Of a stretch of 45,684 nucleotides of DNA, positions 24,491 to 36,960 are shown in pieces. Positions within the stretch are counted from its first letter, which is position 1, and every line of letters begins with the position of its first letter. The translations under genes were made by a program, and so were the position numbers. The stretch is from Seison nebaliae. Lineage: Eukaryota. The notes beneath the pieces are model-generated. The model was not told the origin of the DNA. It did no database searches and worked only from the letters and a program-made list of their open reading frames with translations. The stretch covers positions 1 to 45,684 of the forward strand of contig JALJEE010000707.1 in NCBI GenBank assembly GCA_023231475.1, given 5' to 3'.

Positions 24491-27424
24491 TTATAAAATT
24501 GTGCATCCTTGAGTTTGTTTCGTTTTCTCTTCTAATTGTCTTACCTTTTCAAAGTAAACAAGAATTAGTTTATTAACATAAGTCAAATGAAATACCTTTA
24601 TTTCTGCCTTATTCAAATTGGCCTGAGATCGACAAATATCTTCTTTAAGTGTTACAATTAGGCGATCCTTCTTGAAGATTATTTTATCTTTTCGCTCGAT
24701 TTCTTCTAGAAGTGTAACAATCTATAAAAGGAAAAATGCAAATTAATAAATTTATTTATTTTTTCTTTGAATGATGTCCGTGCCCCTTTCGACTTGTGGG
24801 ATCGAATTTTGAAGAATATCAATTAGGGCGCAAGGGAAATAACAAGAAAAGAAGTTCTAATAGAAAACAACTTGATGTTCTCTTAATCGATCTATGAAGG
24901 AAATTATGAGATGTGATGCGTGATGATTGAGAAAGAATAAACTATAAAAAATTTCCTAAAATCAAATGTTATTTTTCTGCACTAATAATTCGGCCCAATG
25001 TCTGTCTTCTTTCATTCAAAATGGATATGAATTTATATCGATATTGAATCGTAGATGAAGTTGAGGAATTACTTTGTTGCCATTTAGTCGATTAGCTAAT
25101 ATAAAGGAAAATGTTTGTGGTAGGTCTATTTCTAGACTATTTTCTTTACAGAATACGAAACAATCCGAAGAATGGAAGTAATCCACAACTTTATAGAAAA
25201 CAGACATATTCTTAAACGGATCGATGTTTGTATGGAAGAAAGAAGTGTGTTTTGTGTGTGTGTGAAGAAAGATCATAAATTTTACAATCGAAATCAATTC
25301 GATGAATATTATTAAAAGTATTCGATCAATTATTTCTGTTAATCCTTTCTCTTATTAATCTATGAAGAAAAATTGTATTCTCGCTTCTCTCATTATTGGA
25401 GAATTATTTTAGTCTTTTAAAGAATACTCATAATGTTAATGCTACACTCCTATCGCTTCAAAACATTAATCTTGCAACTACTACAATAAGAGAAGAGAAT
25501 AATCGATTGTTTAACCTCTTTATCCTGAATCGAACAACGACAGAAACCGTTTTGATGAATTGAAGTTGTCGCAGCATTCATCGTTTGATATGATACAGGT
25601 TTCAACAGTTGTTCGCTGCATTGACTGTTACATTCGTTCGGAGTATTCATTACAATTCCCATATTGTTATATGGTTGGTGGGATTGATGATATTGAGTTA
25701 GTGGATTATTTAACATTAGAAGCTGATCATTATTATGTAATGGTGAATTGGTATTAGGGTGAAATGAAGTTTCAGATCGATAAATCGATGTGGTTGGAGT
25801 CTAGAAAAGAAAATAATTATCATTCCTTTTGCCGCAATTGACTTCTGACATTTTATTCCTCAATTGACGAAATACACATTTTCGTTTATCCTTAACACCC
25901 GACTAAAAAGTTTTTCCAGTCAAAGTGGAATGTCTAAGTTCAATTCAGCTATAATACATTATTTACTCATTTCAATTAATCTATAAGTGGCAACATTAAT
26001 CGACCTTTTTCCAATCTTCGTTCTTCTTCATTGATATCTCGTGTGATTAATACACTCTTTCTCTTCTCTCTTATACAACCACATTCCAGGTTAAGTCCTT
26101 CTTTACAAATAGATGTTATGAAATATTTTCGTCAGTCACTTCTCCATACACTCTCAACTTCGTTTACTCGAATCTATAACTATAATTCTCATATAACTCT
26201 CATTCATGTTGACGTCAATCATTTGACAAAACCAATATTATTCATATAAAGTTAATGAACATGTTCATAAAAGAAATAAGGAAGAAAAGTGCCAACCGGT
26301 GAGCAGCCATTAGAATTTTGAAAGAATGACGAATTTTGCAATGACGTATTCGATAATTCATAATGGATTAAATCATTTCTCGTCGTTTCATTGAAATTCA
26401 ATATGGGATTGGGATCATCACTGATATCTATTTTATCTGTATCGTCATCGCTGTATGGTGGCTCCATTTCCAAAATACAGTTGTTAGGAATTTCATGTAG
26501 GTTGGATGAACATAAACAACTTCTCGTCTCCTCATCATTTTGATGGGTCAATCCATTTGTACATGAGAAATTGGTTTGGATTGGAATCTTATTATTCCTG
26601 TTGAACACTCTCGATTGATTATTATAGAAAGCAACTTTCTCGTGCACTACGTTCTCTGCTAAAATCGATTCATCTATCAGTTTCCTTAAAGGCTTTTTCG
26701 CTTTGAATGTCGAATTGTTTCGTAAAAGGACAGCTTTCCTTACAATTCCATTCTCCTTCAATCGACAAATTGATGTGGGACCACTTTTTCTATCACAATC
26801 GTCATCCTCATCATCACCATCATCCTCCGCATAATCTTTTTTATTCATGTAATATTTTCCCCCATCGTCATGTATATTATCATCATCTGTATCATCATCA
26901 TCATCATCATCACCATCGTCACAATCATCACCAGTTTTATTATCATCGAAATGATAATTCGATTGGAATTCATATTGATCATACATATCATCTAATTTTA
27001 ATGTGCTCCTGTTATCTGATATTAAAGCAGAAGTGTCAGCACTTTTCGCTTTTTGTTTCGATTTCTCTTGTAGTTTCCTCTTCGTTGACAATTGTTCATC
27101 GACCTTTTGTTTTATGAGGGCCGTATCGAGAATCTGGTCATCCGATGACGATAAATGACCATCCAATTTGATCAAAGTGTCAAACTCCACAATTTTTTCT
27201 GTACTTACCATCGCTTTCTCGCTGTGTACTGGAATTTGCGATTCTATTTTCTCTTCGAACTCACCGAACTTTTCGATTGCTGTCGCTTCTCCTCCCAACG
27301 TTTTCGCTTCCTGTTCGAATTGTTCCAAAAAATCATAAATTTCCTGTGGCGGTTGCAAGATTCGACGACCATCTTTCGCAACGGGCAATTGCCGATTCTG
27401 TTCATTTATTACCTTGTCGAACAT
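24491..27424 (-). CDS. ~530-aa acidic/low-complexity protein with C-terminal coiled coil and CaaX box (CTIL); exons 26297-27424, 25516-25800, 24596-24721, 24491-24544
   Basis: Three phase-0 GT-AG introns join ORFs 26252 and 25450 to two exons absent from the ORF track: IQDKE|IVTLLEEIERKDKIIFKKDRLIVTLKEDICRSQANLNKAEIK|VRQLEEKTKQTQGCTIL*. Confidence 0.65.
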
Positions 27425-29264
27425 GAATTAACGAATTAAAATTTTTGATTTCACAGAAATGTCCAAAATTAAATGTTTAATCGTTTGAATTTAGAAAAAA
27501 TATAAATTGAATTTTTTTTTTGCGCCAACCTATAAATATTCACCGATGTTTCTAACGAATTTTAATTTCTAAAAATGCGCGCACATTTCCACCATAACGA
27601 TATTCAGTTAACGTATGTGATAAGTATGATTATTGCCATAAACTTCTTATATCGAGTAATAATAGAGTTTAATAATTTTATAATAATACAACAACAACAA
27701 CTAATTAAGAGTACATTTGTCTAATAGCTTTAATTGTTTCTCTAATTATAATTAAGATAATTCTCCGAATTTTCATGTGATTATTTAAAAGGGAAAACGA
27801 AGATTTAAATTAATTAACATAGAATCTTCCTTCCGCAATGAGGAATGCATCATTATTCATAAGATCCGTAATTCAATTTTCTGAGACTGCTAGTGACATT
27901 TGGGTATTATAACTATTATTTTATAATCTCTTCAAACACTTCTTCAAATCTGCCGTTTGCTTAAATTATTGGGAAGATATTTCACATTGTGAAGCTCATA
28001 AAACACCTATTATCTTTATTGAATATGCACATTCGATAATGTTATACAAGATTATGGTAAGTCTGAGAGAAGAGGAATTAATAAGAAAGTAAGACATTAT
28101 TTGGGGGGAGAAGCGTGTAATAATTATTCATCAATTTCGGAGTGTCATTTTTTTTCTTTCTTTATAGATAATTCTTCATAAATTATATGACGCAACATAT
28201 TTATGAGATTCATTTGCATTTCCGTTTTCTTCCCAATTTGGGAAAGGATAATTAATGTCAAATAAAGTTGACCTTCCATTCGGCATCGTGTGTAATCGAC
28301 TAATGAAATGATGGGTGGGTGGGCTTCCTTCTTTTCTAATTCCTAATATTTCTTGCATTAACATTCAACCTGCTTAAGTTTAACATCATCAAATATAATC
28401 CCTCGAATTGAGAATTGAATGAAACATTTTCAGTTAATTGGTATATCTAGAGGATGCTATCATAAGTATCATATAAGGATTGATTCTCTTGACACCACTT
28501 TTGGGTGTGTCTTCTAAATTAATGTGGTTTCCTCTTCTTAGTGCTTATTTAGAGAAGAAGTATATGTACAGACTCAATTATTTCTTCTTGTACAACAAAT
28601 TAATCGTTCTTTAGGAAGTGAGGAAATTCATAAATAATGTTCATGATATTATGACATATTCCAATTTTCGTTTCTTGTCTTCGCTCGATTGAAGGAGATT
28701 GAACTAAACTACTTCTTCTCTAATTCATTCAATTCATAATAATATTTCAATAAGATATCGTTTTTCCTAAGTATTACATGTAAATGAATATGCTATTTCT
28801 CCTTCATTCCTTAACAATGATTCCCAACAAATTCCTAATCTAATAAAATATGATTCTCATATTTTATCCTATATATTATGAAACCAACTTTATTTAACGA
28901 CAATTTCCTACTTACCTACTTACTCAATTATATCAACCAAAAACTTTTTTTCCTTCCTTTAAATAAACTAATAAAACTCGGAAAACTTTTTTTCAAGACT
29001 CAAATTTCCATTTCCGTCATGTAATTAGCTTTTAACGAATCTGTATTGATAGTAAGTTGAATGTTTCTGTTCGATGATTTTTCTCTTAAAACAAATGCAG
29101 CTAAAATAGTTTATTATTTTAATCTGGTCTCGTCCTTTCTTTAATTCTTTATTATTAACATACTCACTTTTCATGTTTTATTTTCATCCTAAATTGCATT
29201 CATACAACCATAATTTCCATCATCATTCTTTTTATTAGAAAATCATCTCTGACGTATAAAAACG

Positions 29265-30014
29265 ATGAAACTATTCAGTTTGGTCAATCAAATTTTTACG
29301 CCTAACAGTGTTCTGAAACATTGGGGCAAACGGAGATATAACTCATCAAAATTGAAAACATATGATGCTCATAGAAGACGGAAGAGACGATGTCAAAGTG
29401 AAGAAAAGTTGCAAAAAATAAATTTGGAATACGATTCAATTTATGCAATGAATGATACGTGTCGATTGAAAAGAACGGATTTTGAGAGTCGAGTAAAATT
29501 TCCGGATCAGATTCTATTGTTCGAGAGTATCAAAGAGAATGATGTCAATGAAATTCAACGGATTCTCGCCAAACATTGTGAAACGAAATCATTTAATCTC
29601 AACAATATTTTCTATCAAGGTTCTTTTTCTTTTCCGATCCTTATCATCATTCTCTTATCATTTATATTCCAGGATTAACTCCTTTACATTTAAGCGTCAT
29701 CGAAGGACATTATTCCATTTGTGAACTATTGCTCAAGAACGGTGCCAATGTCAATGAGCAAGACATTGAAAATTGGACTTGTCTCCATGCAGCAGCTGCC
29801 GAAGGTTTTACTGATATTACACGGTTAGTTTTACAAAATGAAAATTTCTGAAAAATTCTTTTTTTAAAGTTTATTAATTGAATATGGTGCTGATGTAACA
29901 ATGAAAACGATCGACAATGAAACGCCATTGGATATGGTACAAGAAGAGGATGAATTAACGAAGAAAGAATTATTGAATAATATTCAAAAAAATGAATCCG
30001 TTCGAAATTCTTAG
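29265..30014 (+). CDS. Short PP1 regulatory ankyrin-repeat protein (PPP1R12/16/27-type); introns 29620-29672 and 29824-29869
   Basis: RVKF (RVxF) motif immediately before ankyrin repeats GLTPLHLSVIEGHYSICELLLKNGANVNEQDIENWTCLHAAAAEG...LLIEYGADV...ETPLDM. TAG at 30012-30014. Confidence 0.85.
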
Positions 30015-30081
30015 AGAAAAAGAAAATTTTTATTTATTTTTATTATTCTCAATGTTATTCCATTATTTTATAAATATTATG

Positions 30082-30771
30082 TCAACATTTGGACATTGTG
30101 GGAACATAAAAGACTTTATGTTTCTTACTTTTCTGCTTCGAATTCTTCATCTCCTTCAGAACATATCGTAAACCCTCAGTCGATTTAACAGCATTCTTCT
30201 TGTAACGCTGATAAGCAAATTGACGTAATGCCGTCGCCATTCCAAATCTTAACGATGAATCGAATTCTCCATATTTCACACAAAATGTTCCATTTATCTC
30301 ACAAATGGTCGGTGGTTGTGATTGTGATGGATTACTATGGAAATGTTTCGAAATAAAAGAATAATTTGATTTATTCTGTTGTTGTTCTTGTTCCGTTTTC
30401 ACTTCCACATATTCCTTTGTTGCTTTCGATCGATATTCGACCCATTCGTCAACTTTCATGATGTTACCCATTGTTATGTTTCTGGTATGTGACTGAATTG
30501 ATTTCTTCTTTATATCAATTATCGATCTCTCAATAAGATAAACTTGTTTCCGTTTACCACTAAAGAAATGTTCTCCCCATTTTGGTAGTTTATTCGTCTT
30601 CGTCAATAATTTCAATGTATCAATCACTCCTCGTTTGACGTCGACCTTTCTATCGATTACATCTTCCGATAACACATGAGTGGCAAACGGATTTGGATAA
30701 CGAGAAAGAAATCCCACCGCCACATCATTCCAACTTTCCGGAAAATGAAATACTCCAATAAAACTTTTCAT
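30082..30771 (-). CDS. PRELID1: PRELI/MSF1-domain mitochondrial lipid-transfer protein (PRELID1/Ups1-like)
   Basis: MKSF...SWNDVAVGFLSRYPNPFATHVLSEDVIDRKVD...KLLTKTNKLPKWGEHF...HTRNI...KSTEGLRYVL. Single exon. Confidence 0.9.
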   Translation of the reverse strand: MKSFIGVFHFPESWNDVAVGFLSRYPNPFATHVLSEDVIDRKVDVKRGVIDTLKLLTKTNKLPKWGEHFFSGKRKQVYLIERSIIDIKKKSIQSHTRNITMGNIMKVDEWVEYRSKATKEYVEVKTEQEQQQNKSNYSFISKHFHSNPSQSQPPTICEINGTFCVKYGEFDSSLRFGMATALRQFAYQRYKKNAVKSTEGLRYVLKEMKNSKQKSKKHKVFYVPTMSKC

Positions 30772-31835
30772 TATGCATTGCACTGGGGAAAGCGGCTAAT
30801 TCTTCAAATAAATATTCTTCATCAAAACATTTCGAATGTTCTATAGAGGAAATTTTTTTGAAAAATTATTCGAATTTCTCTTCCAATTTCTTGTTTATTT
30901 ATGTTGGGCAGATTAGGTCTGTTCTTTCCCGATTACTTCAAAAAATTGGAAAGTAGTGTGAAATGACAATTGAATTTTCTATTGTTTTTTCTAAAACCTT
31001 AAAACTTTCAAAATTTCCCATTCAAACAACTTTTGTTCTATTTCCAAAAATTTTTTAAAATCTTCAAAATTTTCATTTGGGTAATTTTCCCTCGTTTCCT
31101 TTTTGGACATTTAATTTTCCTTTTACAATTCTTCATAAAACTTTCAACTTACTGAAACTATCCTAATATTTCCACAAGGGAGATATAGTTCATTTTTATC
31201 GATAAAAAGAAATTAATAAAATTTAGTTCAGTTATTCATTGAATGACCTAAAAAATCGGATAGATAAATGATTTTTTTTTTATATCATCAAATATGTTGG
31301 AACGATATCAATCTACTTCTATGTATGTAATAGTGTCCAAACGATGACAATAACTACAAAAATTCTTCGACGATTTTTCCACTTCTTTTCCCATGTGGCA
31401 CATTGTCCTACTTTGAACAAGTAAGGGGGAATATCTCGATCGCTCAATTTTGATCGTCATTCTGTTTTTTGCCAAAGTATAACAATAAGTTTCTGTATAG
31501 AAAGGAAAAAAGGCAATCTAGATTTGTTACCCTTCTAAAATTATATCATTTTTTTCTTATAATTTCTTATCGTTATCGTTTGGACCTCACTATATGTATG
31601 AGTGTTGATCTTGATCTACACGGTGTGAATTGAACGAAAATTCACGTTAATTAATTTCAAAAAAAATTATAAGGAAGAAAGAACGTTCATCCTAATCGTC
31701 ATACTTCTAGTTGATAGATTTAGTTTAATATTTTTTGAAAAATTCTCTCCTTAAACAACAACACCGCAAAAGTGTAGCCGAATAAGATTTTTTCTTTCGA
31801 AGAACTGAATGAAAAGAATTCTCCTGTTCTTATGA

Positions 31836-34562
31836 ATGAGATCGGTCAGTAAAAGAAAAATCTGTTTGGAACCGACCACCAAAGATGACGACACTTTAAT
31901 CTACTCACACATCCGTTTGACAGGAAATGCAGTGAATTTTCTCGAGAAATTATCGAAAAGACCAGATGTTTTCCTTTCATGATTTTCTCCATTTTCATTA
32001 AAATCTCTTCCAGAAGAAGATCATTTTGGAATTGAACGATACTAAATGTTCGTTCCATATCAACGACAATGAGAAAGCGATAAATTGTAAGATAATTAAA
32101 GAAAAGAAGAATCTCTTCCAATGTTTCGAAGAAACGAGAACGTTTAATTTATTTAAATGAAATTCTCTCAATTCTTTTTAGTGGATCAAGACGATTGGGC
32201 GTCATTTCTCAACGACTCCTTTGTACAGAAAATGAGGTAGCAGCTCATTCCACAGCTCAAGAATCGATGGTAAAGGAAAAGATTCGGAAAGAAAAGTTAA
32301 ACTTTTTTTCAACTTTTTAAAATTTATGAAGAGAATTGTTAACAGATCGAGAACGAAAGAAATTCAAAATCCGAAAGAAACCAAATTCGGTTCACGAATA
32401 ACTTGTCACAATAACATAAAAAAATCGTTCGGTCGTAATCCTGTGTTAATCAATAATAATAGTTATAATACGACGGGAGATCGTAGAACACATTCGACAA
32501 CAAAAAATTTTAATTCTCTCATTCCTAATTCGAGACCAGTAAAAAATGTAGACACTGAGAAAATCGTTTCATTAGATGCGATAAAGTTATTTTTGAATTT
32601 ATTGAAGAAATTTTAAATGAGTAAATTTCTTTTTAGAGATTTAGTCATTCATATATTAAGTACAAGAAGTCTGACAATACGCGATTTAAATGTTCAATTA
32701 TTGAGATGTTTCTGTTGTTGTTTCTTGATGATATTGAATGATGATTGACGCTTTCTAGATAAAGTCAATTTCAAAAGTTTAGAAGTTGTTCCCAAAATTA
32801 TCCGATCTGTCGCTTATGAAGATTCTCGAAATCGTTTCGTATTGAAACGAGATATGTTCAAGAATATCGATCTTTCTTGGTCCTTTTATACTGAAGAAGA
32901 CAAAAGGATGATTCGGAAAAGAATGAAAGAGAATTCACCAATTGCACCAAGTCGCAAAAGACAATTATCTGCAGAATCTTCAACAACAACAACAAGACAA
33001 TTTGAGAAATTGAGTTGTATTCAAAAGAAAAATGATTTCAATTTATCATTGAGTGAGGATGATGATGAGACGGAAGAGGATGCAATTATGAAAGAAGAGA
33101 TTAGAAAGGAGAAGAACGAACCTCAGAAACAGTCTATTCAATTTTCATCAAAGATGAAACAAAATTATGGGTCAACCACCATGCTTGAATCTAATTCAGA
33201 TGGAAGAAATATTTTTGATAAAGAAGATTCCATCGAATTTAATCTTTCTACTGATTCATCTGATTCATTAGATTGTAAATCGAATGAAGAGCAAGGAAGA
33301 AAATCAGAGAATAAATTGTTAGTGAAAAATCGAAAAAACGGAACTTATTTGACTGATACTCATAATACATTTGGTAAAACAGATCAAATAGATTTTGTTA
33401 AAAGTTCAACAACTGATGATATTCAAAAATTAAGAAATCAAAAATTAGAAATTTCAAATCGATCTCAACAACTCAACAATAGAACAGATAACATAATTGA
33501 ACTCAAAGAAAAATCTCCAAATGATAATTTGAATAAAACTCAATTAGTCGATAATGTAATGGGAAAGGAAGAAAAAGAAAGTAGATCAATGGAAGAAAGT
33601 TCAAGGAGATATCTTATTTCAAATAAAAGTCAACAACTTGCCAATTTTTCCACTCAAACTCAATTGAAAGATAATAAAAAAAATTTACAAAAAAATCAGA
33701 AATTGGAAAATACTTTTATGAGAAATGATGAAATTGTAGAGAATAAGAAAGATAATGAGAAAATAGAGAATTTCAATAAAGCAAAAAAAGTTGAAGAAGA
33801 TTTTATTGAAAATCATCAAATGAACGATAATTCCAATAATTCTGATAATTCCAATGAACAAAATCATGATAGAAGTAATATAGCGAATAGCAAACAGGAT
33901 ATGAAGAATAGTCAGTCAGATAGAAATTCTATAAAGGATGTTAATGAAGAACAATTGAAAATGTTGAGTGATATCCATTTACCATTTGACGAATTCCAAA
34001 GGTTTTCAATAAATTATATAATATTTCTATTTTTTTATAGTTCGTTTTCAACAATTCAAAACAAATCGCAACGAACATTATACGAGAAAATGTTTTACTT
34101 TTATCGGGAACAATTGAGAGTTACAAAAACGATTGTGGTGAAAGTGTCGAAAGAATTCGAGAAATTTAAGGAACATGTTAACAGTTTGAATAGCAAGAGC
34201 GAAGAGTACAATGTTAGTAGAATGAAATATTTATTTGATTGATAAAAGAAGTGTTGTGTATAGTCATTAAAAAAAGAGAATAATAGTCATTTAAAAAAAT
34301 AATATAGAAAAAAATATATAAAAGAAAAGATAAATGAGAAGATAAATTTTGGTCTGCATTTAAATTAAATGTTTTTACTTTCTTCCTCTTGTAGAAATAT
34401 CAGAAGATTGTGAAAAAGAAATGTGACGAATATTCGAAAAATGAGAGATATTTGAGAGCACGGGATGAGTTTGGTAAACTCCAACCAATAGTTAAACATT
34501 TACAGGAGGTCATCAATCATTACGATGAATGTGAAAGTCTGAAAAATAAGATAAATGTTTGA
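31836..34562 (+). CDS. ELL: RNA polymerase II elongation factor ELL; 8 exons (introns 31968-32013, 32142-32181, 32296-32345, 32586-32636, 32708-32758, 34002-34040, 34213-34394)
   Basis: N-terminal HIRLTGNAVNFLE and RLGVISQRLLC. Central DLVIHILS...FVLKRDMFKNIDLSWSFYTEEDK. C-terminal occludin/ELL domain (FSTIQNKSQRTLYEKMF...YLRARDEFGKLQPIVKHLQEVINHYD). Confidence 0.85.
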
Positions 34563-34634
34563 AAATAATTTCCATTTCTTCTTCTTATTTCTTTTGTGAG
34601 AGAATTACTCAAATAAATCAAGAAGGAAAACATT

Positions 34635-36461
34635 CTAATTTACATTGTTAGTAGTCCGACGTTGAACGATTAATGGAAGTGATTGCCATAATTTATTCGT
34701 CAATTGGCGTAACGACGTTTGTAATTTTGAAGAAGTTGGAGAATTTATAGTTAAGTTGTCTGACGATTTCCAATTCCTATAAGATTTTTCCGATGTAGTC
34801 ATTGAATTTTCTTTCTGTGTTAAAGTGTTTAGAAGGATATTGGATTTATTATCTTTTGATATCGATTCGTCGATAGTTGTAGTTTGAAATGGAATGTTTA
34901 AGGATTTTAAAGAATTCTTTAATTGATCATTCTCATTTAAAAGGTTTCTAGGTAAATTTGATTGTGAATTTGAATTGTTTCCTTTCACCAATTCGTTTAT
35001 TGTCGAATCATCTTTGTTGTTTCGTGTTGATTTGGTGGTGGTGGTAATAGTAGTAGAGTTGTGATTCAATCTATTCGAACACATCATACATGGGAGACAA
35101 TGAGTTTTCACAATTTCCGCTTGTCTCTCCACCAACTGTTTATAATTACCTTCGACTGGTGTTTCGATTAGATTTCCTGTTAATGGATCGAAATTTCTGA
35201 TAAATGGAGTATTCGTCGATGGAAGTTCAATATCGATAAATTGTTTTAATCGATTCATATAAGAAGGATAAGTTTCGATGTTGTTATGAGTTGCACCTTG
35301 AATCCATAATGGATCAACTGCCAAATTGCAACGATGATGTAATTCAACTCCATGAGTAAAATCGATAACATCGTCATCAGTTCCATGAATGAATAATGTA
35401 CGAGCTGTTATTTTATGTACTTTCCCAATAGATGGGAACGGATTTAGACAACACACTTTATTCATATGAGGAAATGCAACACGAATACCAGACGCTAACG
35501 GTGAATGTAAAATTACACCGGCACAATGAATTTTCGAAGCTAGATCAATTGTGGGAACTGTTCCGATACTTTGTCCATATAAAATTATATTATTTGCAGC
35601 AACACGACGTCGTACCATTGTCCAAACGGCTTTAATATCTGAATAGAGATTCTTCTCTCGACTTCGTCCAGTCGACGCTCCATAACCAGAATAATCATAA
35701 GCAACCGCATCACATTGGAGAATGGAACAAAGATTATAATAAAACGATAACATATGTCCCATGTCCACAGCATTACCATGTGAGAAAATGATGACGTATT
35801 TCGGTTCAGCACAACATTTCATATAAATTGTAGCAATACAATTTCGTCGTTCACTTTTGATATATTTGACGAAATATTCAGAAGATATATCCTCCATTAA
35901 CACATTATACATACAATCCATTTTCAACGCTTCACTTTCTTCCCATTTTGAAAGAGAAGATAATTTCTTTCTCATTTTCAATTGATATGATGGTGGTTTC
36001 GGTGGAACAAACGACAATTTTGCAACAATTCTCGAAGGAATCGGTGGACAACACAACAATGCACAAATATGATATGATGCACCAGCCATTCGTTGTAACT
36101 GACGTCGATGTGAATCATCACCATTTGTACTACCATCGGCGTAACCTGAATTAATATAGTCGATAGTATCGTCATCATCATCATCTTCTCCGTCACCATG
36201 ACTCGTTCTCATCAATTCATTTGTGCTTAACTTAAAGTTTCGATTATTCAAATTTACATTTCCTTTCTTCATCAAAGAAATTCCATCACTACCATTCAAT
36301 AAATCAGTTTCATCGATCTGGTTCGTTGACGATTTCATTCGTTGAACATCTCCTTTACTACCGCCAAAATTCAGATGAACATTCTCCCGCGAACTCTTCT
36401 TGTTATCGGATCGCAAAACTTTGTTGAGAGGATCATTGGACGAAACACAAAGTGATGACAT
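34635..36461 (-). CDS. ABHD17: ABHD17-family depalmitoylase with N- and C-terminal extensions
   Basis: CALLCCPPIPSRIVAKLSFVPP, FSHGNAVDMG, YDYSGYGASTG, nucleophile GQSIG, HGTDDDVIDFTHG, GATHNNIE. Single exon. Confidence 0.95.
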   Translation of the reverse strand: MSSLCVSSNDPLNKVLRSDNKKSSRENVHLNFGGSKGDVQRMKSSTNQIDETDLLNGSDGISLMKKGNVNLNNRNFKLSTNELMRTSHGDGEDDDDDDTIDYINSGYADGSTNGDDSHRRQLQRMAGASYHICALLCCPPIPSRIVAKLSFVPPKPPSYQLKMRKKLSSLSKWEESEALKMDCMYNVLMEDISSEYFVKYIKSERRNCIATIYMKCCAEPKYVIIFSHGNAVDMGHMLSFYYNLCSILQCDAVAYDYSGYGASTGRSREKNLYSDIKAVWTMVRRRVAANNIILYGQSIGTVPTIDLASKIHCAGVILHSPLASGIRVAFPHMNKVCCLNPFPSIGKVHKITARTLFIHGTDDDVIDFTHGVELHHRCNLAVDPLWIQGATHNNIETYPSYMNRLKQFIDIELPSTNTPFIRNFDPLTGNLIETPVEGNYKQLVERQAEIVKTHCLPCMMCSNRLNHNSTTITTTTKSTRNNKDDSTINELVKGNNSNSQSNLPRNLLNENDQLKNSLKSLNIPFQTTTIDESISKDNKSNILLNTLTQKENSMTTSEKSYRNWKSSDNLTINSPTSSKLQTSLRQLTNKLWQSLPLIVQRRTTNNVN

Positions 36462-36960
36462 ATTTCTGCTTTCTTATGAAAAGATTGTCGATATCACATA
36501 GCGAAATTTGATTGAAACATATTAAATCTTATTATTTCTTTTGTGTATTTCCCATGTATCGTTATAACTATAATTCTCTGTATGTATTATGATATGGTAT
36601 TGTGTAGAAAAGATGGTATATGAAAAGTCAAAGGAAGAAACATAAATATTTTAAAATTTATAAACAATTTTTCCTAAACTTCTCTTCATCCAAAATTCAT
36701 AAAGAGAATAAGAACATTGATTTCAAAAATTTAGCTTCTAATTTTAAATATTGATGTTTACTTTTCATTCAATAAATTCTAAATTCATATCCATTAATTA
36801 CCATAGTAATATGTATTTTGCTACTAAGTAATTTATGTAAAAATATATGGAGAATCCAAAAAATTCAATTTTTTAGCTTCTTTTTTTTTTTAAATAAAAA
36901 ATTTGAAATTAAATAAAATCTGCTATAAATACCAGTAAATACTTCAATTTAGTAGCAACA

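Noticed and set aside
23544..25297. Minus-strand ORFs 23544-23879 and 25016-25297
   Set aside because: No recognisable motifs and no consistent splice model. The second lies inside an inferred intron of the CTIL gene.
26707..27117. His-rich 136-aa plus-strand ORF
   Set aside because: Antisense of the Asp-rich (GAT) tract of the minus-strand gene.
27800..28400. Short ORF-like stretches and a canonical gtaagt at ~28056
   Set aside because: Could not be assembled into a supported gene.
31290..31720. Possible small minus-strand gene between PRELID1 and ELL
   Set aside because: Only a ~50-codon frame with no homology cues or firm exon chain.
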